Shown: positions 33,567-45,266 of the stretch, in pieces
Layout of the letters: every line of letters begins with the position of its first letter
Position numbering within the stretch: position 1 is the stretch's first letter
NCBI GenBank assembly: GCA_963723515.1
Contig: CAVRQT010000003.1
Coordinates: 736,001-800,000 of the forward strand
Direction of reading: 5' to 3'
Source of the DNA: Vulcanimicrobiota bacterium
Lineage (GTDB): Bacteria > Vulcanimicrobiota > Vulcanimicrobiia > Vulcanimicrobiales > Vulcanimicrobiaceae
Length of the DNA stretch: 64,000 bases
Position numbers and translations under genes: made by a program
The notes under the pieces: generated by a model
The model's input: only the letters and a program-made list of their open reading frames with translations
Database searches by the model: none
What the model was told of the DNA's origin: nothing

Positions 33567-36282
33567 ATGGTGGGTGATGCGCCGCCCAGCGGGACGCTGA
33601 CATTTCTCTTCACCGACATCGAAGGCAGCACGCGTTCGTGGGAGCGCGACGCGAAGCCGCATGTCCGACATCTTGAGCCGGCACAACACGGTTTTGCGCG
33701 ACGCGATCGAAGGCGCGGGCGGCGTTGTCTTTAAGACGGTCGGCGACGCGTTTTGCGCCGCTTTCGCAACGCCGGACCGCGCGCTCAATGCAGCCATTGC
33801 AGCGCAGCGTCAGTTGATTCCGGTGGTCCCGGTGCGAATGGCGTTGCACAGCGGCACGGCGGTTGAGCGTGACGGCGACTACTTCGGCCCAACGCTCAAT
33901 CGCGTCGCCCGTCTTATGGACCTCGCCCACGGTCGCCAAATTCTGCTCTCCGGAGTGACCGCAGCAATTGTGAGAGATGGCCTTTCGGGCACGCAACTGC
34001 GCGATCTCGGCATGCATCGCTTGCGCGATTTGAGCGAACCGGAACGCGTCTTTCAAGCGACAACCGACGATCTGCCGGCGGATTTCCCGCCGTTGCCCTC
34101 CGCTTGACCTGCGACCGCATAACCTGCCCGCACAACTGACGACCTTCGTTGGGCGGGAGGAAGAGTTGCGCGAGCTCAACGCGGCGCTTCGCGCGACGCG
34201 ACTCTTGACGCTCACAGGGCCCGGCGGCATCGGCAAGACTCGACTCGCGCTTGAGGTCGGATCACATGCGCTTGAACAATTTACGCATGGCGTCTGGTTC
34301 ATCGATCTCTCCACAATTCGCGAGGGGGCACGAATACCGGAGACGATTGCCGCGGCGCTTTCGCTGCAAGAGCAGAGCGATCGTTCGCATTGGGATGTCG
34401 CGATCGCATATTTGCGGGAGAAGCAACTTTTGCTCATCCTCGACAACTGCGAACATCTCGTAGACGATTGCGCGCGGCGTGCAAGTGAGATTCTTCAGAA
34501 TGCCGAGGCGGTTCAAGTTCTAGCGACCAGCAGAGAACCGCTCAGCGTTCCCGGCGAGCGGCTTTGGGTTGTGCCGTCGCTGCTTGATGCGCATAGCGCG
34601 GAGGAACGTGCGGATAATCCCGCTGTCAGACTCTTCATCGATCGCGCAATGCTCACCGGCAGCCAACTGGAGCTTACTGACGCTGCACTTGAGACGATTG
34701 CGGAGATTTGTCGCTGTCTTGACGGCATACCACTCGCGCTCGAGCTTGCGGCCTCACGTGCGCAATCGCTGACGCTCGAGGAGATCCTGGGCCACTTGAG
34801 CGATCGTTTTCGATTCTTGGCCTCAGGCGATCGGACGCGGATGCCGCGCCAGAAAACGCTGCGCGGGGCCATCGATTGGAGCTACGATCTGCTGGAAGCG
34901 CGCGATCGTGCGATCTTTGCACGCAGCGCTGTCTTTACCGGAGAATTTAGCCTCGCCGCAGCGGAGGCGATTTGCGCAGACGACGCTATTGCGCAGCATC
35001 GACGTCCTCGATGGCATCTCCGCGCTTGTCACCAAATCATTTCGTCGTGCGGCACGAGCGTGAGCGTGCATCACGCTATCGGCTCCTTGAAACAATGCGC
35101 GAATACGCCCATGAGAAGCTCTCGACGCAGGCCGAAGTCGAGGACGCACGCCGGCGACATTTTGACTTTTATCTGGTGCATGCGAAGCAGCTCGATCGCG
35201 AATTCAGCGCTCGACCGGCCGAAACGCTGCGAGCATTTGATGCTGATTATGAAAACATGCGCGCTGCGTTGGCGTGGGGCTTTGAAGCGTCGTTCGATCA
35301 TAACTGCTTACTGCAACTCGCGACGGCGCTTTCGCGCTACTGGGAAGTCCGTGCCCACGTGAACGAAGGGGGGCTGTGGTTTAAACGCTTACTTCATGGC
35401 TTGGATTCGGTTGAGGCAGACCCGGCTGTTGCCACCGCGTTTGCCAGAGCCGGCCGCATTGCAGGGATGGAAGGCGACTATCGCACTGCAATCGGCAAGG
35501 GCAGGGTGGCGCTTCGCATGCGACGAGCGCTCAACGATGAAGCAGACATCGCTGAATCGCTGAACAACCTAGGCGCCGCGCTAAACGATGCGGGCCGCAG
35601 TAAGCAGGCCGCTGTTCTCATGCGCGAGGCCCTCAAACTCTTTCGTAAGCAAGGCAACCGCAGCGCAGAAGCGCGCCTGCTGTGCAACCTGGGTCTTGCG
35701 GCGATGAATGGCGGCGACCAAAAAATGGCCCTGGAAAGACTTCGCGAGAGCTTGACGCTGAGCGAAGGGTTGAGCGATCTTCGAATGCGGGCGTTCGTTC
35801 TGGGTGCCTTGGGGACGGTTTCTCACCACACGGGCGCGGTCGCGGAATCGTTTGACTACAATTCGCGCAGCCTGGAGATCGTGAGATCGCTAGGCGATTT
35901 CGTCGGTCAAGCGCGCGTTCTGAATAACCTTGCTGATGTGACCTTAGAGACGAACGACCTTCCTGCGGCGCGCAGCCACATCATCGAATGTATCAGGATC
36001 TGTGAGCAGCGCGGTTTGCGTCATGAATATGCCGATGCGCTCGACAATCTCGCGGTTGCCGAACAGCGCTCGGGTCGTTCCGACCTCGCGGCGCAACTGA
36101 TCGGCGCAGCGGACGCAATTCGAACGGCTTCGCGCCAACCGCTTGCGCCGTACTTCGCGTTGCACCGCCAAAAAGTTATTGCGTCAGTCCAGCATACGCT
36201 CGGTACCGAAGGATTCGAACGGCAACGCCTCAGTGGCGAGCAGGCCGATCCGAAGCAGCTAAGTAGAGCGGCCCTCGGCTAG
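33567..36282 (+). CDS. Class III adenylate/guanylate cyclase + STAND-type ATPase + TPR protein (three frameshifts, near 33660, 34105, 34995)
   Basis: FLFTDIEGST, KTVGDAF, DYFGPTLNRVARL; Walker A GPGGIGKT, LDNCEH, LDGIPLALELAA; TPR repeats such as AESLNNLG. Confidence 0.9.
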
Positions 36283-36482
36283 CGGCCCTCGTTCTTTTTG
36301 CCGCGCACGTAGTTCAGACAGTGCTGGAGCACTTCTTCGATACGATCCCAACTGTCGATCTTCGGAAAGCCTTCGATTTTTTCGTGCGTCGGGTTGTGCT
36401 GCGTGTAATCGTGAACCGAATCACCTAACTGGTTGACCATTCCACAAAACGTTTTGGGGTCCGGAATCGACGGATACGGCAT
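36279..36482 (-). CDS. Small hypothetical protein, 67 aa
   Basis: SD-like GGAAGGA before ATG; protein-like composition; fills the gap convergent with the cyclase gene. Confidence 0.6.
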   Translation of the reverse strand: MPYPSIPDPKTFCGMVNQLGDSVHDYTQHNPTHEKIEGFPKIDSWDRIEEVLQHCLNYVRGKKNEGR

Positions 36483-36581
36483 TTGGTTTCATCCTTCCAT
36501 GAGAAGCACGATAGCAACGCGCTAACGAGCGACTCGCCTTAGGCACGACTCGAAGCCGTCCTTCCCGAACGGCGCTTCTTG

Positions 36582-36683
36582 ATGGCCGGCAATCGCCTTG
36601 GCGTCCTCGATGGACTGCGCGTCATCTACGCCGTCGAGCGACCGCTCCTGCGGCTCAACGTTCCATCAGGAGCACGCGCATGA
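36582..36683 (+). pseudogene. Internally deleted acyltransferase-3 (OafA-like) remnant, 33 codons
   Basis: MAGNRLGVLDGLR joined to VIYAVERPLLRL; ATGA overlap with the DMT gene. Confidence 0.6.
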
Positions 36684-37612
36684 CGCGTCCGAAAGGAAGC
36701 GCGTCGCTCGCGTACGTTGGTCTGATCTACGTCGCAGCTGTTTGGGGCCTCAATACCGTCGCGGTGAAGCATGCCGTCAGCGAAATCAACCCGTTCGCGT
36801 TCACGGCGCTGCGTTTTATTCTCATGACGCCCTTGACGATCGCCTTAGCATTGATTGCCGGCGAGCGATTGCGCTTCGACCGCAGGGATTTGCTCATGCT
36901 GATCGCCTGCGGCGCTTCGGGATATGGGCTTTACCAGTATTTTTGGGTCCTCGGCCTCTACAACACGACGGCGTTTGCGTCATCGCTGCTGATCACGTTT
37001 ACGCCGATCATCACCTTAGGGATCGTCGCGGTGCTTCGAACGGAGCGCGTGCGGAGCATTCGCTGGCTCGGCGCACTTATTGCGCTACTCGGCATCGCGA
37101 TCTTTGAGGGAGCATTTTCGGGGGCCTTTGCGATCCGGTTAGGCGATACACTCACGCTGATCTCAGCAACGATCTTTGCAATCAACACGATTCTCTCCGC
37201 GCGTCTGCTCAACCGATACTCTCCATTGAAGTTGCTCGCAATCACGATGACAATCGGCTCGTGCATGATCATTCCCGGCATGCTGCCCGCACTGCTGCAC
37301 ACTGACTTGCGTAAGATACCGCCTCTCGACTGGGCAATCTATGGCTATTCCGTTCTCTTTCCGCTCGTGCTGACGTATCCGGTGTGGAGTTATGGCATCA
37401 CGCGAATCGGGGCGGCGCGCACGTCGCTCTTTCAATTCTTGGTGCCGATCATTGCCGGAGTTTTAAGCGTGCCGCTATTGCACGCGCGGATCGCGCCCTA
37501 TCAGATCGTTGGCGCTTTCGTCTGCATCGGCGGCATGGCCCTTGCGCAGGCGCTCGGCGGTTTTTCGCTCACGGCGTGGTGGCTGCAACGGACTTCGCCG
37601 GTCGAGCGATGA
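36680..37612 (+). CDS. DMT/EamA family transporter
   Basis: VWGLN, ALRF, GDTLTL, about 10 TM segments in two EamA repeats. Confidence 0.92.
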   Translation: MTRPKGSASLAYVGLIYVAAVWGLNTVAVKHAVSEINPFAFTALRFILMTPLTIALALIAGERLRFDRRDLLMLIACGASGYGLYQYFWVLGLYNTTAFASSLLITFTPIITLGIVAVLRTERVRSIRWLGALIALLGIAIFEGAFSGAFAIRLGDTLTLISATIFAINTILSARLLNRYSPLKLLAITMTIGSCMIIPGMLPALLHTDLRKIPPLDWAIYGYSVLFPLVLTYPVWSYGITRIGAARTSLFQFLVPIIAGVLSVPLLHARIAPYQIVGAFVCIGGMALAQALGGFSLTAWWLQRTSPVER

Positions 37613-37664
37613 TGAGAAATTTGCAAACAGGCACCGCGCTGAGCGAGAAGAACAACGCGGGCCA

Positions 37665-37859
37665 ATGAAGCGCCGCGTTTGGTATTGGCTCTTGCTTTTG
37701 CCGTTTGTGGCGACGCTTTTTCCGCCGTTCTACGCGCGCCACGATCCTGTCGTATTCGGCTTCCCGTTTTTCTACTGGTATCAACTCGTGTGGGTGGTGC
37801 TCGCCGCAGTCGTGGTGGGTATTGTCCTCATTGCGACCGGAGATCGAAGGGATGTCTAG
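37665..37859 (+). CDS. DUF3311 small membrane protein
   Basis: PFYARHDPVVFGFPFFYWYQLVW, directly upstream of an SSS transporter. Confidence 0.88.
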   Translation: MKRRVWYWLLLLPFVATLFPPFYARHDPVVFGFPFFYWYQLVWVVLAAVVVGIVLIATGDRRDV

Positions 37860-39345
37860 CGGCGCGATCATTTTTGTCGTGCTCATCGTGCTGGTTACCG
37901 TCATGGGGTTTGTCGCATCGCGCTGGCGATCGGGCAACCTTGGAAGACTCGAAGAATGGGCGCTGGGCGGCCGGAGTTTTGGAACGATCGTCAGCTGGTT
38001 TCTGCTCGGCGGCGACCTTTACACGGCCTACACGTTCATCGCCGTTCCGGCGCTTGTCTTTGGAGTGGGCGCGATCGGCTTTTTCGCGGTACCATACACG
38101 ACGATCGCCTATCCCTTTGTTTTCGTCGTCATGGCGCGCTTTTGGACCGTCGCCCGAAACCGCAATTATGTGACCGCCGCCGACTTCGTTCGCGATCGCT
38201 TCGGAGATCGATCGCTCGAGATCGCTGTTGCGTTGACTGGATTCGTCGCGGCGATGCCGTACATCGCGCTGCAGTTGCTCGGCATGCAAGTCGTCATGGC
38301 GCAATACATATCCGGGACGACGGCTGAAAACATTGCTTTGGTCATCGCATTCGCAATCTTGGCCGCCTACACGTACACCAGCGGCCTGCGGGCGCCCGCG
38401 CTGATCGCATTCGTAAAAGACACGCTGCTCTACGTCACCATCCTCGCCGCAATTATCTATATTCCGGGGAAGCTCGGCGGATGGGGCCATATCTTCACCG
38501 CCGCCGACGCCGCGTTAGGCACGCATAAACCGCCCGGGACCTTGATCTTGCCGCCGAAGTTGTACTTCGCCTATGCTTCGCTCGCATTCGGTTCGGCGAT
38601 GTCGCTCTTCATCTATCCTCACTCCATCACGAGCTTGCTCAGCGCCAAGAGCCGCCTCGTCATCCAACGCAACTCGGCATTGCTGCCGCTGTACTCGATA
38701 CTTTTAGCACTGCTGGCTTTGCTCGGCTACTGCGCCTTAGCAGCGCACATTCATACGAAGGATGCAAATTACGCGATACCATTGCTCTTCGGCTTCTTCC
38801 CGGATTGGTTCCGCGGGATGGCCTATGCTGCTATCGTGATCGGCGCGCTCGTGCCGGCAGCGATCATGGCGATCGGATCGGCGAACCTCTTCGCAAGCAA
38901 CGTCTTTCAAGAATTCGTTCGGGAACGGACGCGCACGCAAACGCACTACGCAAAGTTACTCTGCTTGGCCGTTTGCGCCGCGGCGCTGCTGATCAAGCTG
39001 TATCTGCCGGTCCAATATGCAATCTATTTCCAATTGCTGGGCGGCAGTTTGATGCTGCAAGCCTTTCCCGCGACGGTGCTCGGGCTCTACACGCGGTGGT
39101 TTCATCCGAAGGCGCTGCTCATCGGTTGGGCTGCCGGCATCATCGCCAGTGTGCTGATGGCGAAAGCCGCGAACTTTCAAGCGATTTTCGCGCTTCCAAT
39201 CGGCGCGGGCCACGCGTTGCCCGGTTACATCGCCCTCTATGCGTTGGTGGTCAATCTGATCGTCGCGGTTACAATGACGCTCGTCTTCCATGCGACGGGC
39301 CTTAAAGCCGGCGCCGATCTTACCGTCGCGGCGGACTACGCATGA
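37852..39345 (+). CDS. Sodium:solute symporter (MctP-like monocarboxylate permease)
   Basis: EWALGGRSFG, WFLLGGDLYTAYTFIAVP, GALVPAAIM. Confidence 0.92.
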   Translation: MSSGAIIFVVLIVLVTVMGFVASRWRSGNLGRLEEWALGGRSFGTIVSWFLLGGDLYTAYTFIAVPALVFGVGAIGFFAVPYTTIAYPFVFVVMARFWTVARNRNYVTAADFVRDRFGDRSLEIAVALTGFVAAMPYIALQLLGMQVVMAQYISGTTAENIALVIAFAILAAYTYTSGLRAPALIAFVKDTLLYVTILAAIIYIPGKLGGWGHIFTAADAALGTHKPPGTLILPPKLYFAYASLAFGSAMSLFIYPHSITSLLSAKSRLVIQRNSALLPLYSILLALLALLGYCALAAHIHTKDANYAIPLLFGFFPDWFRGMAYAAIVIGALVPAAIMAIGSANLFASNVFQEFVRERTRTQTHYAKLLCLAVCAAALLIKLYLPVQYAIYFQLLGGSLMLQAFPATVLGLYTRWFHPKALLIGWAAGIIASVLMAKAANFQAIFALPIGAGHALPGYIALYALVVNLIVAVTMTLVFHATGLKAGADLTVAADYA

Positions 39346-39746
39346 GTCATATATTGCAACCTTCGGGCTGGATTCGTCCCACCGGCTATGCACACGGTAT
39401 CGTCGCGGAGGGCCGTTACGTTGCCATTGCGGGACAAATCGGCTGGAACGAGCGCGAGGAATTGCTCAGCGATGACTTCGTCGAACAGGCCGCGCAGGCG
39501 CTTCGCAACATCGTTGCAATCCTGGCCGAGGCCGGCGCATTGCCGCCTCATCTCGTCCGCCTGACCTGGTACGTGCGCGACAAGAACGACTTTCGCGCCG
39601 GCGCGAAGCGTTTAGGAATTGCATATCGCCAAATCATCGGCGCACATTACCCCGCCATGACGCTGGTCGAAGCCGGCTTACTCGAAGAGCGCGCCAAGGT
39701 TGAAATCGAAGCCACCGCCGTCGTCCCGCTCAACGAAAATCGATGA
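39342..39746 (+). CDS. RidA/YjgF family protein
   Basis: GYAHG, AGQIGW, YPAMTLV, KVEIEATA. Confidence 0.92.
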   Translation: MSHILQPSGWIRPTGYAHGIVAEGRYVAIAGQIGWNEREELLSDDFVEQAAQALRNIVAILAEAGALPPHLVRLTWYVRDKNDFRAGAKRLGIAYRQIIGAHYPAMTLVEAGLLEERAKVEIEATAVVPLNENR

Positions 39747-40142
39747 TCACATTGCGCTGAGTCGTTTCACCCGGCGTATTACGCGCCACGATCTCAATGG
39801 TGTACGGCCGGCGATAGATGACCGGCAGATCGAGCGCATGAAAATGGAACGCGAACTCACCCGGCGCCTTACGTGGCACACTAAAGGCGAAAAAGGGCCA
39901 GCGAACTTCAACGCTCGCGACGTTTGTTGAGGTGACGATCCGTCCGCTCCACCAGGACCCCGGCGCTACATGCGCCGGCGCTAAGATCGAGGGCCAGAAT
40001 TTCCGGTGATGCATTCGTCTGGGCGAATCGTGGCGTCGGCCACACTCGCGGGGAGAGGATCGCGTGGCTCGTTTCTTGATGCTGCGCACACGCCTGCAAC
40101 CCGATCGATGCCGCAACTGAAGCCAACGACGAATGCGCGCAT
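39730..40142 (-). CDS. Putative lipoprotein A (two apparent frameshifts); paralog of 44785-45231
   Basis: Spliced reading MRAFV-LASVAASIGLQAC (lipobox)...[33 protein letters not shown]...YTIEIVARNTPG. Confidence 0.7.
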
Positions 40143-40185
40143 TAGCGACACAGGTTGGCATCGCATCGGTTCGAATCCCTGCGCG

Positions 40186-41232
40186 GTGAGGCAGCGCAGC
40201 ATCGCCTTCGATTGGACGATGGCGGTCGGCGGATTGTGGCTGATCGGCGGCCTTTTTACCGATCTGGGATGGCACATTCGGGAAGACGTCGATTCATTCT
40301 TGACCGGCGCGCACGCGATGCTCTACAGCGGCCTGATCATCTTGTTCATCGCCGCGGGCGCCATGGCAATTCGTGGCGTTCGCTTAGGCCTTCCGCTGCG
40401 GCGCGCGATGCCGCCGGGATACGACCTGGTGTTGCCGGGCTTGGCGATCTTCTTGCTCGGCGGCGCGCTCGACGCAATTGGCCACTACCTGTACGGTTTC
40501 GAAGCGGGCTTCTTGGCGCTCTTGAGTCCGACGCATCAATTGATCGGTTTGGGACTTATTCTCGTGCTCACGAGCCCGATTCGCGCCGCGATCGTTGCCT
40601 CGCCCCGTCCAATCAAATTCATCGATCAACTTCCGGCCATCATCGCCGCCGCATCATTCCTTGAACTGATCCACTGGGGAACAAACTACATTTTTCCGAG
40701 CGGCGCAGAACAACGGCTTGGGCCGGTACATCTTCCGGCCGCGAGCACCGAAGCGTTAACCGCTCAGACCCTCGCCTTCAGCCATCAAGCCGGCGGGTTA
40801 ACCTCATTCGTCTTGCAGAGCTTGGTGCTCGTCGGCATAACACTCTATCTCGTTCGGAATTTCTTGTTGCGGCCGGGTTCGTTGACCTTGCTCTATTTGC
40901 TCGGCAACGGGTTCATCGCAATTGCGCTCGCGACGACGTGGCCGCAAGCGCTGGGGCCGATTGTCGCGAGCGTTGTAGCGGGCATCGTTGCGGATTGTTT
41001 TCTGCTCAGCGGTGCATCGCTACGCGCCAATCGTCTGCGCTACGGTGCGTTTGCTTTCATCGTTCCGGTCGTGTACCACGCCACATTGCTACTGTACGTG
41101 ATCGCGTTGCTCGGCGGAACGTGGTGGCATCCGATATTCGCGCTCGGTGCCTTGCTCTATACGGGAATTTTCGGCTTCTTGCTGAGCTTGGCCGCATTTC
41201 CGCAAGCCGAAGTCTCCACGCCATCGGCGTGA
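40186..41232 (+). CDS. Polytopic membrane protein A with two D-x3-H-xn-H motifs; paralog of 45267-46328
   Basis: DLGWHIREDVDSFLTGAH and DAIGHYLYGFEAGFLALLSPTH; GTG start chosen by alignment with the paralog. Confidence 0.8.
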   Translation: MRQRSIAFDWTMAVGGLWLIGGLFTDLGWHIREDVDSFLTGAHAMLYSGLIILFIAAGAMAIRGVRLGLPLRRAMPPGYDLVLPGLAIFLLGGALDAIGHYLYGFEAGFLALLSPTHQLIGLGLILVLTSPIRAAIVASPRPIKFIDQLPAIIAAASFLELIHWGTNYIFPSGAEQRLGPVHLPAASTEALTAQTLAFSHQAGGLTSFVLQSLVLVGITLYLVRNFLLRPGSLTLLYLLGNGFIAIALATTWPQALGPIVASVVAGIVADCFLLSGASLRANRLRYGAFAFIVPVVYHATLLLYVIALLGGTWWHPIFALGALLYTGIFGFLLSLAAFPQAEVSTPSA

Positions 41233-41234
41233 GC

Positions 41235-42860
41235 CTAAACTTGCGCCTGCTCTCGCAACACGTAGCGCTGAAGTTTTCCCGTCTCGGTCCTCGGCAGTGT
41301 GTCTACGAATTCAATTGCGCGCGGCGCTTTATACGGAGCAATCTTCGCTTTGACGAATTCTTGCAGCGCCGTGACCTCTGCTTCGCTGCTCGCGCAACCG
41401 GCATTGAGAACGACGAACGCTTTCACGATATTTGTGTGACGCTCAGGGTCGGGTGCCGCGACCACGGCGCACTCTTTGACGTCGGCATGGCTAAGGAGCG
41501 CTTCCTCAACCTCAGGTCCCGAGATGTTGTAGCCCGATGCGATGATCATGTCGTCTGAACGAGCGACGTACCAGAAGTAGCCGTCTTCATCCATCCGGTA
41601 AGTGTCTCCGGGAAAATTCCAACCGCCTTGCACGTATTGTATCTGACGCGGATCGTCGAGATAGCGGCAGCCGGTCGGACCGCGAACAGCGAGGCGGCCA
41701 ATCGTTCCTGGCGCTACCGTTTGGCCGCCTTCGTCAACAATGCGTGCCTCGTATCCCGCGACGACTTGCCCGGTTGAGCCGGGACGGATCCTCTCTTCAG
41801 GCGATCCGATGAAGATGTGCAGCATTTCAGTGGCGCCGATTCCATCAATGATCTTCAGGCCCGTTTTTTCGAACCAGGCTTGCCATGTCGGCAAAGGCAA
41901 CGTCTCGCCGGCCGAAACGCACTTGCGCAATGGCCCTGACGCGTAAGGCTCGATCAGTCCGGCCATCGCGCGGTACGCGATCGGTGCGGTAAAAACGACG
42001 GTCGCTTGATACTCTTGAATCGCATCCAAGAGCACCTCGGGCGAAGGTTTTTCTAAGAGCAGCGTCGCCGCGCCGATGTCGAGCGGAAAGAGCAGCAAGC
42101 CGCCCAACCCAAATGTAAAACCGAGCGGCGGGCTGCCGCAAAATACGTCGTCTTCCGACGCCTTGAGCACTGATTTCGGAAATGCATCGCAGATGGCGAG
42201 GACGTCGCGATGAAAATGCATCGTCGCCTTCGCTTTGCCGGTCGTTCCCGAAGTAAAGCCAATCAGTGCAACGTCCTCGGCCGCAGTCTCGACGTTCTCA
42301 AACATCCGCGGCTTGCCCGAGAGGCGTGCCTCCAGAGCGTTGGGTTGCGAACCACCGAAGGTGAGGGTTGCAACTCGACCGGTTCTCCCACAAGCGGCTT
42401 CAAGGTCGTCGATGAAGCGCTCGTCGCATAACGCATGCTGAATGCGCGCCTTCTCGATCATGTACTCGAGCTCAGACGCGCGGTACAGCGGCATCGTCGT
42501 AACGGCAACAGCGCCGGCTTTCATGACCGCAAACCAACATGCAGCGAGCATAGGCGAATTCGGCCCACGCAATAAGACGCGGTTGCCGGGTCGCACGCCA
42601 AGATCCTCAACCAGCACATGCGCGACCTGATTTGCCTTCTCAAAGAGATCGGCGTAGGTCCACGACTCCTTTGGGGAGAGCAAGCATTGCTTTCGTGCCC
42701 GCCCGCCGGCGATATGACGGTCAAGTAGGCGTGATGCGCAGTTCATGCGCTCCGGATATTGGAACTCGGGCCGCGTGAAGATCAAGTCGGGCCATTCCGA
42801 TCGCGGCGGCAGATGATCGCGCGTAAAGGTGTCGAGGTGACCGGTATACGCTGCCCTCAT
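41235..42860 (-). CDS. 2-aminobenzoate/benzoate-CoA ligase family (AbmG-like)
   Basis: [52 protein letters not shown]. Confidence 0.9.
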   Translation of the reverse strand: MRAAYTGHLDTFTRDHLPPRSEWPDLIFTRPEFQYPERMNCASRLLDRHIAGGRARKQCLLSPKESWTYADLFEKANQVAHVLVEDLGVRPGNRVLLRGPNSPMLAACWFAVMKAGAVAVTTMPLYRASELEYMIEKARIQHALCDERFIDDLEAACGRTGRVATLTFGGSQPNALEARLSGKPRMFENVETAAEDVALIGFTSGTTGKAKATMHFHRDVLAICDAFPKSVLKASEDDVFCGSPPLGFTFGLGGLLLFPLDIGAATLLLEKPSPEVLLDAIQEYQATVVFTAPIAYRAMAGLIEPYASGPLRKCVSAGETLPLPTWQAWFEKTGLKIIDGIGATEMLHIFIGSPEERIRPGSTGQVVAGYEARIVDEGGQTVAPGTIGRLAVRGPTGCRYLDDPRQIQYVQGGWNFPGDTYRMDEDGYFWYVARSDDMIIASGYNISGPEVEEALLSHADVKECAVVAAPDPERHTNIVKAFVVLNAGCASSEAEVTALQEFVKAKIAPYKAPRAIEFVDTLPRTETGKLQRYVLREQAQV

Positions 42861-43997
42861 TTTGGATGCAGGACTTGGCGAGCGATGATCAGCTGTTGAA
42901 TCTCGCTGGCGCCTTCGTAGATCCGTAAAGCGCGAATCTGGCGGTAAAGCCTTTCCACGACCTCGCCGTGAGTTACGCCTCGCCCGCCAAAGAGCTGCAC
43001 CGCCGAATCGATGACGCGCTGCGCCGCTTCAGTAGAAAACCACTTTGCCATCGCGGATTCGGCGGTGACCCGCGGCTTGCCGCGGTCTTTCTCATACGCC
43101 GCACGATACACGAGCAAAGCGGACGCGTCGATATCGGTTGCCATCGAGGCGACGCGTGCCTGCGTCAACTGCAAAGCGCCAAGAGGGGCGCCAAAGACCT
43201 CTCTCGTTTGCACGTGCGCAACCGTTTCCTCAAATGCGCGTCTAGCAAAACCTAGCGCGGCCGCACCGACGGTGGACCGGAAGAAATCCAAGGTTGCCAT
43301 TGCGATTTTGAAGCCCTCGCCCTCGGCGCCGACACGACGATCTTCCTTTATTATGCAGTCCCGAAAGCGCACGGTCGCCAGCGGATGCGGCGAGAGCACG
43401 TCGATTCGCTCCACAATCTCCAGACCGGCAGTCTCTGCATCAACGACGAAGGCTGAGATGCCTCGTGAGCCTGCTTCTCCGGTACGAGCGAAGACCACAT
43501 AAAAATCGGCGATGCCGCCGTTTGAAATCCACGTCTTCTCTCCATCGATTGCATACCCAGCGTCGCTGCGCCGGGCAACTGTGCGCAGCGACGCAACATC
43601 CGAGCCGGCGTCTTTTTCGGAAAGCGCAAAGGCGGCAATCGCGTGACCGGCTGCAACTCGCGGCAAATAGCGCGAGCGAACGCGCCTCGCTGCCGAACAG
43701 CGTAATCGGTGCGCTGCCCAAACCTTGCATTGCGAAAGCAAAATCGGCAAGCCCGTCGTGGCGCGCGAGCGTCTCGCGTGCGAGGCATAACTTCCGCACG
43801 TTCAGCGGCCGCTCGACTGCGACGCGCAACCATCCCCCCTCAGCAAGCCGTGCGACCCATGTGCGGCACGCGACATCTACGTTGGAATCATCGACGCGCT
43901 GCGTTGCCAGCCAGCGCGAAAGTTCGCGGGCAAATTGACGGTGTGCGACTTCGAAAAACGGCCATTCTAAGGCGCTGCGCTCCTCGGACGTTGTCAG
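42857..43997 (-). CDS. Acyl-CoA dehydrogenase (CTG start overlapping the hydratase stop; frameshift near 43688)
   Basis: [10 protein letters not shown]..., [29 protein letters not shown]. Confidence 0.88.
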
Positions 43998-44788
43998 TTC
44001 CCCTCAAAACGCGGGTTCTTGCCGGCGACAAATGCGTCGTACGCACGGCGAAAGTCTTTGCTGAGCATGAGATGCGCCTGAGCTTCCGCTTCCGCATCGA
44101 TCGCATCAGGAAGCGGCATGGCCCATTCTCGCAGCAGCATCTTCTTCGTCATCGCATGCGCGAGTATCGGACCTTCAGCGAGCGATTTTGCCATTCGCTG
44201 CGCCGCTGCCGGCAGATCGTCGACAGAGTGCAGCGCATTGTAAAATCCATACGCCAGCGCCTCCTCTCCATCGATCGAACGGCCGGTGTAGAGCAACTCC
44301 GATGCGCGTCCAAGGCCAATGATCCGCGGTAACATGGCGCATGCCCCCATATCGCATCCGCCTAAGCCGACACGCGCGAAGAGAAAGGCGACTCGGCTGC
44401 GCGGCGTCCCCAAACGTAGATCCGATGCCATCGCGAGAATCGCCCCCGCGCCTGCGCAAACGCCGTCAACCGCCGCGATGATTGGCTGCGGACACGATCG
44501 CATCGCTTTGACGACATCGCCTGTGAGTTTCGTAAATTCGAGCAACTGCGGGTAGTCGCGTTCCGTGAGCACCCCGATAATTTCTCTCACGTCACCACCA
44601 GAGCAGAAATTCCCACTTGCGCCGGTCAGGACCACCACCCGTGTCGTAGCATCCGTCGCAAGCGCCGCAAAGCGCTCGTACAGCTCTCGATACATCGCAA
44701 ACGTCAGGGGGTTTTTCCTATCCGGCCGAGACAGCGTGATGGTGACGATCCCTTCGCGCTCGCTCCACAATAGATCGCTCACGCTCAC
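43994..44788 (-). CDS. Enoyl-CoA hydratase family protein
   Basis: [28 protein letters not shown]. Confidence 0.92.
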   Translation of the reverse strand: MSVSDLLWSEREGIVTITLSRPDRKNPLTFAMYRELYERFAALATDATTRVVVLTGASGNFCSGGDVREIIGVLTERDYPQLLEFTKLTGDVVKAMRSCPQPIIAAVDGVCAGAGAILAMASDLRLGTPRSRVAFLFARVGLGGCDMGACAMLPRIIGLGRASELLYTGRSIDGEEALAYGFYNALHSVDDLPAAAQRMAKSLAEGPILAHAMTKKMLLREWAMPLPDAIDAEAEAQAHLMLSKDFRRAYDAFVAGKNPRFEGN

Positions 44789-45231
44789 CTCATCGAAAAA
44801 GGTGCTTGCTCAACTTGCGCCGTTCCGGCCGTGTTCCGCGCGATGACATCGAGCGTGTAGGTATGCAGTCTCGCAAGTGGCGGCAATTCGAGAACGCGCG
44901 TCTGAAAACGAAACTGCCCGGCCGCGACGTGTGAAGAGTTGATCGAAAATGCAGCGGTGCGGACTTCGACAGAAGCGACGTTCGTGGTCGTTGCAACGGC
45001 GCCGGCCAGCGTACTGCCCGGACCGATCCCTAAACTCGACAACCAGACGCGAACGATTCGCGGCGCTGCGTCGGGCGGGGCCGGAATCGCCTTCGGCCAA
45101 GGTTGCGGCATGTCGGACGAAACGGTCCAGTTCGCCGGCGCCTTCGCCGGGGTCTCCGTTTCGCAGCCGCTGCAAATGATCGCCACAACCGACACGGCGA
45201 CAAAAAGGCCATTCTTCACGCGCCGTAGCAT
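44785..45231 (-). CDS. Putative lipoprotein B
   Basis: Signal peptide ending [33 protein letters not shown] overlap with the hydratase gene. Confidence 0.8.
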   Translation of the reverse strand: MLRRVKNGLFVAVSVVAIICSGCETETPAKAPANWTVSSDMPQPWPKAIPAPPDAAPRIVRVWLSSLGIGPGSTLAGAVATTTNVASVEVRTAAFSINSSHVAAGQFRFQTRVLELPPLARLHTYTLDVIARNTAGTAQVEQAPFSMR

Positions 45232-45266
45232 CGTCGTCGCAATTGCGCCGTCCCTCCTCTACCGCC

